NCBI RefSeq assembly: GCF_021057185.1
Contig: NZ_CP054059.1
Location: 810,001 to 842,000 of the forward strand
DNA: 32,000 nucleotides
Reading direction: 5' to 3'
Origin: Candidatus Absconditicoccus praedator
GTDB lineage: Bacteria > Patescibacteriota > Gracilibacteria > Absconditabacterales > Absconditicoccaceae
In this document: piece after piece, positions 1 through 11,300 of the stretch
How the letters are laid out: each line of letters begins with the position of its first letter
Position numbering within the stretch: the stretch's first letter is position 1
Notes under the pieces: model-generated
Databases searched by the model: none
What the model was told of the DNA's origin: nothing
The model's input: only the letters and a program-made list of their open reading frames with translations
Program-made: the position numbers and the translations under genes

Positions 1-510
1 TATATGTTGTTTTCATCTAGCAAACTCATTATTACTATGTATAACTCTATAGTGTTTCTTGTATCATAAGTCTACTAATCAATCATAACTTTTCCAGTAG
101 TCTGTGTTTATCTTGCTGTTCTCTAAACTTACTTTATCTCTTATAATTGGTATTAAAGTTTCTGCTGAACAATCAGGAACTATACGCACATAAACTTCTC
201 ACTCTCTCTTCAATAGTCATAAAACTTTAATTTTTCAACTAGCTCAACGTCATCTTTTTCACCTAACTCTTCTAGCTCCAAAGTAGCTCTCATCTATCTC
301 TACTACTCATCATCGTATCTCTAAATCTGTTTCTTTACTATGGTTGTATATTACTTCTCTAAAGTATTTATACCACCTATTTACTGTTTTTCTTTCAATA
401 TTTAATAAATTACTTGTTGTTGAAGCAGTCAAATCTTCACAAAATAGCTTCATAATTTGTCTTGTTTTTTGTACACTCAAATGGCTATTTTTTCTATAAG
501 GGTTTTTCAT
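1..510 (-). CDS. IS1595-family (ISXO2-like) transposase, first 170 codons; the 3' end runs off the window
   Basis: Track ORF 310..510 (MKNPYRKNSHLSVQKTRQIMKLFCEDLTA...) continues in frame to nt 1 once TGA is read as Gly. The continuation is ...DLEIRGGVVEIDESYFGARRVRGKRGRGASGKIKVLGLLKREGEVYVRIVPDCSAETLIPIIRDKVSLENSKINTDYWKSYDGLVDLGYKKHYRVIHSNNEFARGKQHI. I recognise the HTH N-terminus and the EIDESYFG / GKRGRG / YDGL / FARG-HI blocks as the IS1595/ISXO2-like DDE transposase core. 11 of the 12 Gly codons in this fragment are TGA. Confidence 0.85.
1..510 (-). mobile_element. IS1595-family insertion sequence, partial; only the transposase 5' portion is in the window and the element boundaries cannot be determined
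   Basis: Rests on the transposase call above. The inner end must lie somewhere in 511..~730. No terminal inverted repeat can be identified because the other end is outside the window. Confidence 0.6.
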
Positions 511-554
511 AGTTATGACCTAGTATAATTAATTTCTTTTTGCTTTCAAGTACT

Positions 555-710
555 CTAGACCCTAATTTTTTTCAGGTTCATATACATTTTCCCATGCAAC
601 ATTTTTTTTGTGTTAAAAATATCAATTAAGAATTGCTTCATTCTTTCTCTAATATAATTAGTGACTCCTGGTGGAGTTTTAGGTTTGTTGATAACAGTAA
701 TAGATCTCAT
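555..710 (-). CDS. Hypothetical small basic protein (51 aa); weak call
   Basis: ATG at 710, TAG at 555..557. Sequence MRSITVINKPKTPPGVTNYIRERMKQFLIDIFNTKKMLHGKMYMNLKKIRV. It sits between the IS and the M23 gene on the same strand. I recognise no family. It could be chance or a remnant of a gene disrupted by the IS. Confidence 0.2.
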   Translation of the reverse strand: MRSITVINKPKTPPGVTNYIRERMKQFLIDIFNTKKMLHGKMYMNLKKIRV

Positions 711-730
711 ACTATTATTTTGTGAATCTA

Positions 731-3061
731 TTAAAAATTAATAAGAGTTCTAACAGCATCTTCTAATTCTTCTTCTTGTGATCTTTCTGCTGTTTGATAT
801 TCTTCAGGAGAGAGTTGTATGTACCTATATAAAGATTCAAATGCTTTTTCTCTGTTTACATGTTTGTGTGGGTTCATGTAGTCTGATTCTTCAAATGGAT
901 AGAGGCTATAATTTTTAGCTGCATCTGCATATTTTTTGAACCAATCATCATTGTTTACATCCATAAAGTTAGTGAAGTTTTCATTTCTTGTGGTGTCAAA
1001 AAATCTTCCATACATTGCAAGTAGTTCTGCTTTTTCAATTGGTTGATTTGCATTAGCATGAGTTCATCAGGCTCATTTTACTATTCAGTCTTTATAGGCT
1101 TTGAATACATATGGTGCATACCGTTCATTTCAACTTATATCTTCTAGGAATCTTCATTTTTCTTCAATATACTCATTCATTTCTTCTTTAAATTTCTCTG
1201 TTTCAGCTCAATGTTTATGTCTAGCTAGGATGGTTATAACTTCAGATCTTTCTATGTTGTCTTTTGGCATAAGTTTTCAGTTGTGTCATTGAACTATTCT
1301 TTGTTCATTCAAATATTTCATACTATTTCAGTAATTATCGTTAATACTATAATCAGTAAATACTTCTGAGTTTACATTTTTGCTTCATCTTAGTGTTTGT
1401 CAATCTGCTTCAAATTTAGCTTTTAATTTGTAATCCTCAGCTTTGGGTGATTTTATATCAAAATCGATACTTTCTTTGTCTCATTCTGCTTTTTTACTTC
1501 ATATATCATTTTCATTTCAGTCATTGTCAACAAGTGTTATAGATAACTTTCATTCCATTGGTCTATTTAATTTTCATCAGTACTGATCCATTAAATATAC
1601 AGAAAAATTTTCTTCTTTTGTTGTGTATATTGTATTTGGTCATTCTATTGAAAGTCAGTATGCTTCAGCACTTTCTTCATATACACTAAAATAAAAATCT
1701 TTTTTATTTTTCCCATCATTAAATATTATCCTTCAGTTTCACATATTTTGGGCAAGTATATTTACAGTTTGTTTTTCTCAATCCTCGGGTGAAATTGTAG
1801 TTTTTGAAGGTTCAAGTACATTATTATTAGTAGTTATAGTGATTTGTCATTGTTCTCAGCTAGTTTCAACTTCAAATTCAATGTTATCTCATTTTATAAG
1901 CTCTTCTCATATTTTTGGATTGTAAATGTTTTGTATTTTAAATGGTTCTTTTTCTTCTCAAGCAGCCTCATGGGTATATTCATCTCAAAGTTCTCAGACT
2001 ATTTGATCTAATAAATCATCATCTTCAGTTTTGTCCTCTTCTTCCACTTCTTCCATTATTTCTTCAGCTTCTTCTTCTTCAACTTCTTCCATTTCTTCTT
2101 CGTAGTCTGTGTCAATTTCCTCAAATGCATCAGTAACAGGTTGTAGGTTGTTTTCTATAAAGCTTATTGGATTTTTTGTGCTATTTTTAACTCACTCAAT
2201 TGTGCCGTTTTGCCATTCTTCCCGTAGTTTATTAGCCATTTCAATATCTGAAATATCTTCAATATCTCATAATGTGTTTATTTGAAAATGAAGGTGAGAC
2301 ACGGTTGTTGTTCAGCTTGTTCAAACAGTTCATATATTTTCTCATCTATTTATAATGTCTCATTTTTCTATATTATTATCAATTTCATCTAGATGAGCAT
2401 AGAATGTAGCTAATAATTCTCACTCAAAATTGGTTCAAATTATTACATAGTTTCAAAATCATCAATTTCATTCTTGTTTGTCAAGTACAATTCAGTTCAT
2501 GCTATTGTATACAGGAGTTCATTTAGGGTTTACTATATCTATTCCTGCATGAGTTCAAGTTCATTCATCCCATCGTTTACAATTGTTTTGATTGCATTCA
2601 TAGCTTGCGGTCCATAATGTTGTGAGTAATCTTTTATAAAAGGTAACTTTTTGTCTTTCTAGAGGATTTGAAACAGTTTCCCATATTCTATTTGGATTTA
2701 CAAATCTATACTGATCAACAATATGAGAAACTTCATTTGGAAATGGTGTCCTTTTATCTTCTGGTACCTCATCCCATGATTTATTTCTCACTGATTGATA
2801 ATTGTGAACTCTTCATCGATCTACTACTTTTCTAAATGGCCATATAGCCTGTTCGTCTTTTATTTCATCCTTTTCATCAAGTATTTTTTCTGTTGTAACT
2901 AGTCATTTTCAGTATTTTGAAATATCTGTAAAAAAATTTTGAGTACTAGTATCTATACTAAAAATGTAAATTCAAAAAGCAAATACAATAGTTAAGACTC
3001 ATACTTTTTTGAAAAATAGATTTTTGCTCTTATTTATTTTTTTTATTTTTATGTTTTTCAT
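731..3061 (-). CDS. Membrane-anchored M23 (LytM-type) metallopeptidase with a poly-Glu linker and three SLH-like C-terminal repeats (776 aa)
   Basis: Under table 25 this is a single ORF: ATG at 3061, TAA at 731..733, length divisible by 3. Track fragments 2561..2791 and 731..1015 lie in the same frame. N-terminal hydrophobic anchor: VGVLTIVFAFGIYIFSI. M23 signature: GTHAGIDIVNPKGTPVYNSMNGIV...GGFGNYVII...FYAHLDEI...GDIINRGENIGTVGTSGTTTVSHLHFQI (about 2270..2570). Acidic run: EEEMEEVEEEEAEEIMEEVEEED (about 2017..2107). The C-terminal repeats resemble S-layer-homology domains, e.g. ERYAPYVFKAYKDGIVKGAGGTHANANQPIEKAELLAMYGRFF. Confidence 0.85.
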
Positions 3062-3208
3062 TTTGTTTTTTGTTTATATAAAATTCAACATAATTAATAT
3101 TTTAACATCTTATATTATAACTAAATATTAAATATTTGTCAAAAAATGTATTTTTTATTTGAAAAAATAAAATCTTTTTTTAATATGTATAATGTTTTAT
3201 TATAAAAA

Positions 3209-4222
3209 ATGCCAATGTTGAAAACTTTTGCAATTGAAACTAGTTGTGATGATACCTGTGTGGCGATTGTAGAGTACTATGATTGAGTTATAAAAACTAA
3301 TAATAGTTTTTCGTATTCACAAATTGCAGATCATCAAAAATATTGATGAGTTGTCCCAGAAGTTGCCTCAAGAATACACAATGAAAAGATCTTACAATTA
3401 ATTCAAAAAGTTGGAATTGATAATATAAAATGATGTGATTTTATTAGTTATACTTCAACCCCAGGTTTGCCTTGATCTTTGTTGGTTTGAGCAACAACTG
3501 CAAACATGCTTTCAAATTTTTTATCAAAACAGTTAGTGTCAGTAAATCATATTTATTGACATATATTCTCATTGTTTTTGGATAGAAAAATAGAAAGTAT
3601 TAAATTTCCAATGGTTGTGTTAACTGCATCTGGTTGACACAATGATATATATTTTGTAGATAAAACAGATTGAAAAAATACGGATCTATGAAAATATAAA
3701 ATAAAAAAAATTTGACAAACAATAGATGATGCTTCATGAGAAGCTTTTGATAAGGTTTCTAAAATGCTTGGATGACCATATCCTTGAGGTGGATGGATTT
3801 ATGAAAAAGCTAAAAAATGAGTTTCAAAATATGATATAACTCCAACTTTTTTGAAAAAAGATGAATTCAATTTTAGTTTTTCTTGAACCAAATCAAAAGT
3901 ATATTATATTATAAAAAACTTACAAAAAGAAAAACAAAATCTATCAGAGCAAGATGTGTATGATATAGCTTATGCATTTCAAGAGTGAGTAGTAGAGGTG
4001 TTATCAAAAAAACTATTGTCTGCTGCAAACAAATATTCTGCTAAAACTGTTGGGTTAGCCTGAGGGGTGTCTGCTAATAGTAGGCTATTGGATTATTTTC
4101 AAGATCTCAAAAAACAAAAATGAAACAAAAAATTAGAATTACTTGTGCCTGCTGAGAAGTATTACTGTACTGATAATGCTTGTATGATTTGAGCTGCTGG
4201 TATATTGTCCAAACTATTTTAG
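3209..4222 (+). CDS. tsaD: tRNA N6-adenosine threonylcarbamoyltransferase TsaD (Kae1/Gcp family), 337 aa
   Basis: Table-25 ORF from ATG 3209 to TAG 4220..4222. Sequence MPMLKTFAIETSCDDTCVAIVEYYDGVIK...HQKYGGVVPEVASRIH...VVLTASGGHNDIY...DDASGEAFDKVSKMLGGPYPGGG...GLAGGVSANSRL. I count about 20 in-frame TGAs, many on conserved glycines (GG at 3344..3349). Confidence 0.93.
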
Positions 4223-4242
4223 TGTTATAAATCAACTTAATT

Positions 4243-5850
4243 ATGAGGTGATCAAAAGTTTTGTATCTAATAGTGTCTTTGTTTTTGATTTTATGAGCAG
4301 TAATATTTTATTTTACCTATAAAGCTGAAAAAGAGTTTCAAGAAAGATTAGATGAGGTAGGAAAGACAATGGATAAAAAAGATTCTAAGGTGTATCAAGA
4401 AATTGAGGAAGATATAAATATAGAAGAAACTGAAGATGCACAAAAAAAAGATGAAAAAAAGGATATACAAGATGATATTGAAGATTCAATTGAAGAAGAT
4501 ATTCAAAAACAGCTTGATGTTGAGGGTGTATATGAAGATGTTTCTGAATCTCAACTACAAGAACTACAAAGTGAGTATTCAGACAATATATGAGTTAATG
4601 AGGATTTTTGAAGACTTCGTATTCTTGAAGATATATATGAAAAACAGCCTTCAAAAGAGATTTTGGTATTATTAGTTGAAGGGTTTGCATGAGTAAAAGA
4701 TTATGATACAGCATTGGAGTATCTGAAAGATCTTTATTCTCAAGATCCTGAACTTGCTGATATGGATATATATCTTCTTTTTGAAGTGTTTCTTAATTCT
4801 ATGTCTTTTTCAAGAAATAATTTAGAGCAAATTCAATCTATTGCTGAAAGTTATAATCAAGACTGATATCTTTCTGACTGAGACAAAATTTTTTTCAACT
4901 CTTTGATATCTCTTGTTCATTTTGAGTATGAAGATTTTTTTGAGAAAGTTGAAAAAATAGAAGACGGAAAATATTTGGATTTTAAAGATGATATAAGAAT
5001 GATAAAACAACAATATGAAAACTTTAAAGATGCTGAAGAGTATTATATAAATTGATTATTGAGTTTTGTGTTGTATCAACATTGATATTATAAAATAGCA
5101 AAAAGAATAGCTATGGATGTTTTGGAAGAGAATAGTAGTTATATTTTACCTAACCAAGTTTTGTGATATTCGAATTTTTTGATGTGAAATTTTGAAGAGG
5201 CAAATGATTTTTTTAGAAGCTTGCTTGATTATGATTCTACTAATTTTTCATTGTATAACTTTTTCATTGGTATATCTTATTTTTGGCTTTGAGAATATGC
5301 TAGGGCTGTAACTTTTCTTTCCCAGGTAGAAAATCATGATGAAATACTAGATGTAAAAAGATATTTAATAGTTTCTTATAAAAATCTTGAGCAATACTGA
5401 AATATGATGGATTATTTTCAAAAACTTTTGGAGTTGGGAAAACCTTTAACTGAGTATGACTATTATACTTTTTTTGATGTAGTTTTTTATCAGCCATGGA
5501 AAAAATCAGATTCATTTGATTTACTTAAATCAAATCCAAGGCTTGTAGTAGATTACATAAGTTGATGTTATGAACATATGGATGAAAATAAATTTCCTTG
5601 TAGATATGCAAGGTGATGATTTCATTTTGCTAGGTGACAATACGATATATGAATTAGATATCTAGAACATATTGTAGAAGAATTTCCAAGAAATTATATT
5701 TTTGAGGCAATAGGTGATTATTACTATGAAAAAGAAGAGTTTGATAAGGCAAGAAAAAATTATATTCTAGCCATAAGGTATTCAACTGATTCTGAAGAAA
5801 GAAAAACTTTAAGAGACAATATTTATAATATAATATTAGAGCAGAAATAA
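4243..5850 (+). CDS. Membrane-anchored TPR-like repeat protein with an acidic N-terminal linker (535 aa)
   Basis: ATG at 4243, TAA at 5848..5850, in frame with track ORF 4369..4593. N-terminal TM: VLYLIVSLFLILGAVIFYFTY. This is followed by a D/E/K-rich linker and then helical repeat units of TPR character, e.g. GNFEEANDFFRSLLDYDSTNFSLYNFFIGISYFWLGEYARAVTFLSQV and AIGDYYYEKEEFDKARKNYILAIRY. Confidence 0.7.
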
Positions 5851-6155
5851 TTTGGGTGTATGTTCTAAAAAAGTATTGAAAAAATTTAAAAAATAACTAT
5901 TTTATATTTATCTTTATTAATGTTTTACAATTTTGATGTGGGAGGTAATATTCAACATAAGTTTGCATGTTATAGTAATTTTATGAGCAGTTTGTACAAT
6001 TATTGTTTTTTTTATATTAATAAAGATATTGTTGATTTTGTCAAAGATAAATTATATTTTATCTGATGTGTTGAATAATTATAATATTTTAAAAAATATT
6101 ATTTATTCTCCTATAAATAAACTGAAAAAAATATTTAAAAATTAATTTAAAAAAA

Positions 6156-6650
6156 ATGACATCAGTTAATGATCTATTAGTGAAAATGATAAAAGAAATT
6201 GACTTGTTTAAGGATTTTTCTGATGATGATATATTGGATTTAGCAAATAGTTTTGTGTTAAAATATTATCCATCTTGAAGCCTTATAATAAGAGAGTGAG
6301 AAAAGCCCAATAGTATATATATATTAAAAAACTGAATATTAGAAGCAAAAAAATCGCATTGATTGTCTAGTATTCATTTGTGAGATATAAATCCTTGAGA
6401 AATATTTTGAGAAATGTCCTATATAAAATGAGGAAACTCAATGGCAAGTGTTACTTCAAAAGAGGATAGTGATGTATGGCAAATAAGTGTTGAAGATTTT
6501 GATAGGTTTATAAAATCAAATCCTGGATTGATGGATAGTATATATGAAACTATGAAAAAAAGGGAAGAAATGAATAGTTCTTCTTCTTTCAATAAAGTTT
6601 CTAATAATAAACAAGATGATGATATAGACGACATTAAAATTAATATTTAG
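6156..6650 (+). CDS. Stand-alone cyclic-nucleotide-binding (cNMP/CAP-effector) domain protein, 164 aa
   Basis: ATG at 6156, TAG at 6648..6650, in frame with track ORF 6441..6650. Sequence LFKDFSDDDILDLANSFVLKYYPSGSLIIREGEKPNSIYILKNGILEAKK...LGDINPGEIFGEMSYIKGGNSMASVTSKEDSDVWQISVEDF. This matches the cNMP-binding beta-barrel pattern, including the FGE motif. There is no attached DNA-binding or output domain. Confidence 0.8.
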
Positions 6651-6669
6651 TTTATTTATGTAAAATTAT

Positions 6670-8343
6670 ATGTTTGTAAGGTATAAAAGTTTATTTATCT
6701 ATTTTTTTGTTTTCATTTTATGATTGTTTTCTATATTTTTTATAGGATATGAGTTTGATGAAGCTTCATGAGAAGATGAAATGAAAATAACTTCCAATTG
6801 AATAGCTCATTTTAAAAAGTGACTTGATGTTGCTTGATGAGTTAGACTTACTTATAGAATAGATTATTCAAGATATGAGCAGATATATCAGGATGAGCAA
6901 AGACTTGAAGAAGTAAAAAGTAATGTAGAGTCTATAATTTTGCAAAATATAGATGATAGGATATCTGCTTTGGGAGTTAGTGATTATTCAAGTTATATTC
7001 AATCTATTTGAGAAGAGGATTATGTGGTCGTAGAAATAGGATGAGTTCAAGATATAGATGCAGCAAAAGATATAATATGAAAAACAGTAGAGTTAGAGTT
7101 TAAAGTGCCTTTTGAAGATGAAGATAGAGATGATGAAACCAAAGATTCAAGACAATTGTTATCTGAAGAATTTCTAACTCAGCTGGTTAATGAAGAAAGT
7201 AGCTTTGAAGAAATATATCAAGAAAATCAAGACAATTGAGTGAGGTTGAATACACATCAATGAGATGATATAGATGAATTTCCTTCATATATTCAAGAAA
7301 ATTATGATGAACTTGTAGAGTGATGACAATGACATATTCTTCCTTCATTAGTAGAAGATGAAGAAGAGGAAAGTTGGTATATTTTATGATTTGAATGACA
7401 ACAAGAGTGAAATTATTCATTTTTGGCTTTAGAAGTTGATTATTATCCTCAATGGCATGCTGCAAGAGATCCTGAGTCTGGACAGATATTGAATGCTGCA
7501 TTTTTTAACTATGCTAGTGTTGATTCTTCTGAAACAGGTCGTCCAGTTGTTTTGGTTAGATTTAATTCTGAGTGATGACAGATATTTTGTAATCTTACTA
7601 ATCAGCATGTTGGTGAACAAATGGCAATTTTTGTTGGCTGACAACTTAGGACAGCTCCAGTTATAAGAGAAAGTATTTGTGGTTGAACAGCTCAGATAGA
7701 TGGTGATTTTGATTCACAGTGAGCTAGAGAGCTTGCTGATAGTTTAAACGAATGAGCAATGCCGGCCCCATTACTTTTGTCTCAAGAAGAAATGGTTTCT
7801 CCTACATTGTGAGAAAATGCTCTTAATGCGGCTTTGATTGCTGCTTGAGTTTGATTTTTCTTGATATTTATTTTCATGATATTTTTCTATGGTTGGAAGA
7901 TGTGATTAGTTTCTTTGATTACGTTACTATTTTTTCTAACAATTCTTTTCTGACTTGTTAAGGTGCTTTGATATGCGTTATCCCTTAGTTGAATAGCTGC
8001 AGTAATATTGAGTATATGAATAGCTGTGGATGCAAATGTGCTTATTTTTGAAAGAGTTAGAGAAGAAATGAAATCTTGAAAATGAAAAATATTGTCAATA
8101 CATGACTGATTTGCAAGAAGTATATCGGCAATAAGAGACTGAAATCTTACTACTTGATTGATTGGTCTTCTTCTATTTATGATATGAACAAATGTGTTTA
8201 GAGGTTTTGGTACTATGATGATAGTAAATATTGCTTTGATACTAGCAGTAGTTGTGCCGTTGACGAAATTGCTTTTGCTTTTAATTTATGATTATACTGA
8301 AGAAGATTCTACTGAAGAAGCTACTAGTGTTGTTCAAGCATAA
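6670..8343 (+). CDS. secD: Protein translocase subunit SecD (557 aa; not a SecDF fusion)
   Basis: ATG at 6670, TAA at 8341..8343. N-terminal TM, then a large periplasmic-type domain (GRPVVLVRFNSEGGQIFCNLTNQHVGEQMAIFVGGQLRTAPVIRESICGGTAQIDGDF...ARELADSLNEGAMPAPL). The C-terminal TM bundle reads [30 protein letters not shown]...SISAIRDGNLTTGLIGLLLFMIGTNVFRGFGTMMIV. Confidence 0.9.
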
Positions 8344-8368
8344 TTTAATGAAGTAAGTAATAATCTTA

Positions 8369-11300
8369 ATGAAATTGTCAGCTATTTTTTTGTGGATTTT
8401 GATATTTGTGTTGTTATTTTTTGGGTGACAGGTTTTTTTCTGATATATTGCTAATCATCCATATTATATAGAAAAAATTACTGATTGATGAAATTGGTGA
8501 GTTTTGATATTTACATTTATAGCTTCTTTAATACCAGTTTTTTATTTATTTGCATCAAAAAAATTTAATTTTATAAAATTTTTGATATATATTATTTTAT
8601 GATTGTATTTTTTTGGATTGTTGTTATTATCTGTAAAGGAATGAATAGTTTGAAGTGGTTTGATAATGTTGTTTGTAAATGTTTTAATACTTTCTTTCCT
8701 AATACTGGCTTTCCTATTGTCAACTTATTCTTATTGAGAATACTTCAAAGAAAAAGTTTTGAAACTAAAAACATATAGTATTTATGACATATTTTTGTCT
8801 TTTGGTGTGGGTCTTAGCTGACTTTTGATTTTAATTTTTATTTTGATGAGTTTCAATCTTTTGTATCCTTTGGTGTCATATATTATTTTTATATGATGAC
8901 TAGTTTTAGCTTACTATCAAAAAGACAACTTAATTTTAGTTAAGAGTAAGTTTGAAGAAATATTACTTAGTTTAAGAGAATTTAAAAACAAATCAAAAAT
9001 AGTTTCTTATTTGGGTGTCTTTCTTCTGATAGTATCTATATTGTATTTTTATTTCTGATTTATGTTGTCTTTTATACCATATCCAACTGCTTGGGATGCA
9101 AATCATGCATATATGTTTAATCCAAAAGTTTGGGCAATGAATGCTTGATTTTATTGGTGATGAGATTGACCTTCTGCAAGTTTTCAGCTTTGGTATTCAT
9201 ATATAACATATTGGTTTTCACTTGCTTTACCTTTGTGATCAGTTCTTTGGATATCAGCTGATAGTATTGCTACAGTTACTAACTTTTTTAGTTGAGTTTT
9301 TGTGTTATTATTCTTTTTGGCTTTATCAAAAGAAGTTTTGAATTATTTTTCTTCAGATGAAACTACTGACAATGCTGATAGGTCTCTAATGGTTTTTTAT
9401 TTTGCTTGGCTTTTGATACTATTGTGGCTTACTAGTGGAATGTGAGCTTTCTTGGTTTTTGTTGACAATAAAACTGATATGTGAGTGTTGGCTATAATAA
9501 TACTTGCTATGTATAGTTGATTTGTTTGATTAAAGTCGGTAAAAGATGCAAACAAAAACAATGAATCAGTTTTGCAAAAATATACTCTTACCAAGTTTTG
9601 AATTTCGTGATTTTTATTTGCTATGGCAGTGATGGCTAAGCCTACAGCCTTTTTGGATGCTGTATGATTTGGTTTACTTTTGACCTGGATGTGGATATGA
9701 ATAATTGCTGTAATTTCAGTGTTTTTCATAATAATATGACTTCTCTCATTTGTAGAGTTTAGATGAATCAAATGATATATAACTCCTCAAACTGGTATTT
9801 TTAGTTTTATATTGTGAATTGTTTGATTTGCGGGTGGAACTTTTCTAAGTTTTATGAAAAAATCTATGAATTACTTTTTGCTTATGTTGGCTTGGTGATG
9901 AGTTTTCGTAGCTTCTTTGCTTTTGTTTAAATGAAGTTTTGTATTATTTGAATATCATCAAGACTGAGAAGAATTTAATATTATTGATTTTGCAGATGAT
10001 GTTTTCTTGTCTTACAATAGTTTTTCTTCTGAAGATGAAGAATCAAAAACTCAGGATAAAACAAAAAAATCAACTTTACTTGCCTCAACTCAACCTGTTG
10101 CCAATACAAATAGTTGTACATTGGATAATTATGATGAAGATGACTTGTATGAAAATGTAGAAAGTTATGATGGAGATACTCGTGGAGAAGATGTGGGAAG
10201 ATATGTTGGATACTGACACCATGATTTTGAAAATCCTTGGTGGGGTATGTTTTTCCCTAGATGAGATTATTGTCTTTGATTTAATGAGGATGCTAAAAAG
10301 GTTTGTTGAAATTTTGTTGCAATAGCACAAAATGATCAGTCTACAATAGAGAATATGATAGATCAAATTGAAGACGACTATCTTGTTGAACTTTTGGAGT
10401 GACAAGCTCAAGGTGAGAATAATACCGGTGATATCCAGCAGTATTATCAATCTTATGTGATGAGAATTAGTTCAGACAATCAAGATCAGGTAGTAAGTAT
10501 TCCTTACAACTACCTTGTGCCTTTCAATCTAACATTCAACTGGTCTTTGCAAAACCTAAGTAGCTATTATACAGATGTTTGATATATCTGGTTGATACTA
10601 AAGTTTATTATGATAGTTTGACTTATTTACTCTTTGATAGCAAGAGACAGGTTTTTGATATGATTTATATTAGTTTCCAGTCTCATTTGGAGTATATGGT
10701 TTTTTATATGATGATGAATACTTTGGTATTGAATAGGTTTAATTGTATGGACAATCTTATCATTTATTTTGATTTTTGATAAAATCACCAGGAATATCAA
10801 CTGGGATGATTATCCAACAAGGTTTTGATATCATACTTTAGTAGCTTTATTTTTGATTTTTGGGATTTTGTGAATTGTTTTCAATTTTATAAGAATATCA
10901 ACTCAATGAGGTTCTTGACCTTTTATGTGGTACAAGCAATCTAGTGGTATAAAGCAAACAATAGATGAACAGTTGCAACCACAGAATTCCATAAAAACTC
11001 CTTATGTCAAAGAAGATATATTTGATCTGCAGTTTGGTCATTACAATGAATTCATTGAAGCCTCAGATAGTAGAGAGGAATGAGAAGTAACTTTTATAGC
11101 AGGTACTTATGCAAGGTATTTTTTGGAAAATCAAAAGTATATAGAAACTGATCAGTTTTTGACTGATATGTGGGAGTTGTTCTCAGATAATGATATATGT
11201 AAATCTTATCTTAGGTTAAAAAACGAGGATATAAAGTACATTGCAATAGATCCCAATATATGAACAGTTGTTATGTGAGATGGAAATGTTAGTTTGTTCA

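Noticed and set aside
1101-2136. Plus-strand track ORFs 1101..1292 and 1942..2136.
   Set aside because: They are antisense to the M23 peptidase gene (731..3061, minus). The 1942..2136 product (LLPLLPLFLQLLLLQLLPFLL) is simply the reverse reading of the poly-Glu coding run.
4436-5515. Track ORFs 4436..4675 (+), 4822..5013 (-) and 5300..5515 (-) inside the TPR-like gene.
   Set aside because: They are in the wrong frame or on the wrong strand relative to the 4243..5850 ORF, which is continuous under table 25 and contains track ORF 4369..4593 in frame.
8369-9300. The N-terminal part of the 1166-aa membrane protein as a fused or divergent SecF.
   Set aside because: I could not find any of the SecF periplasmic-loop or TM-bundle motifs. 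The size and topology (more than a dozen helices plus two soluble domains) do not fit SecF.
9397-9771. The longest ORF in the supplied track (124 aa, minus strand), and likewise 10085..10450 (121 aa, minus strand).
   Set aside because: Both lie antisense to the 8369..11869 table-25 ORF, which is open for 1167 codons. Their products are low-complexity I/L/N/S strings typical of antisense frames in AT-rich coding DNA.
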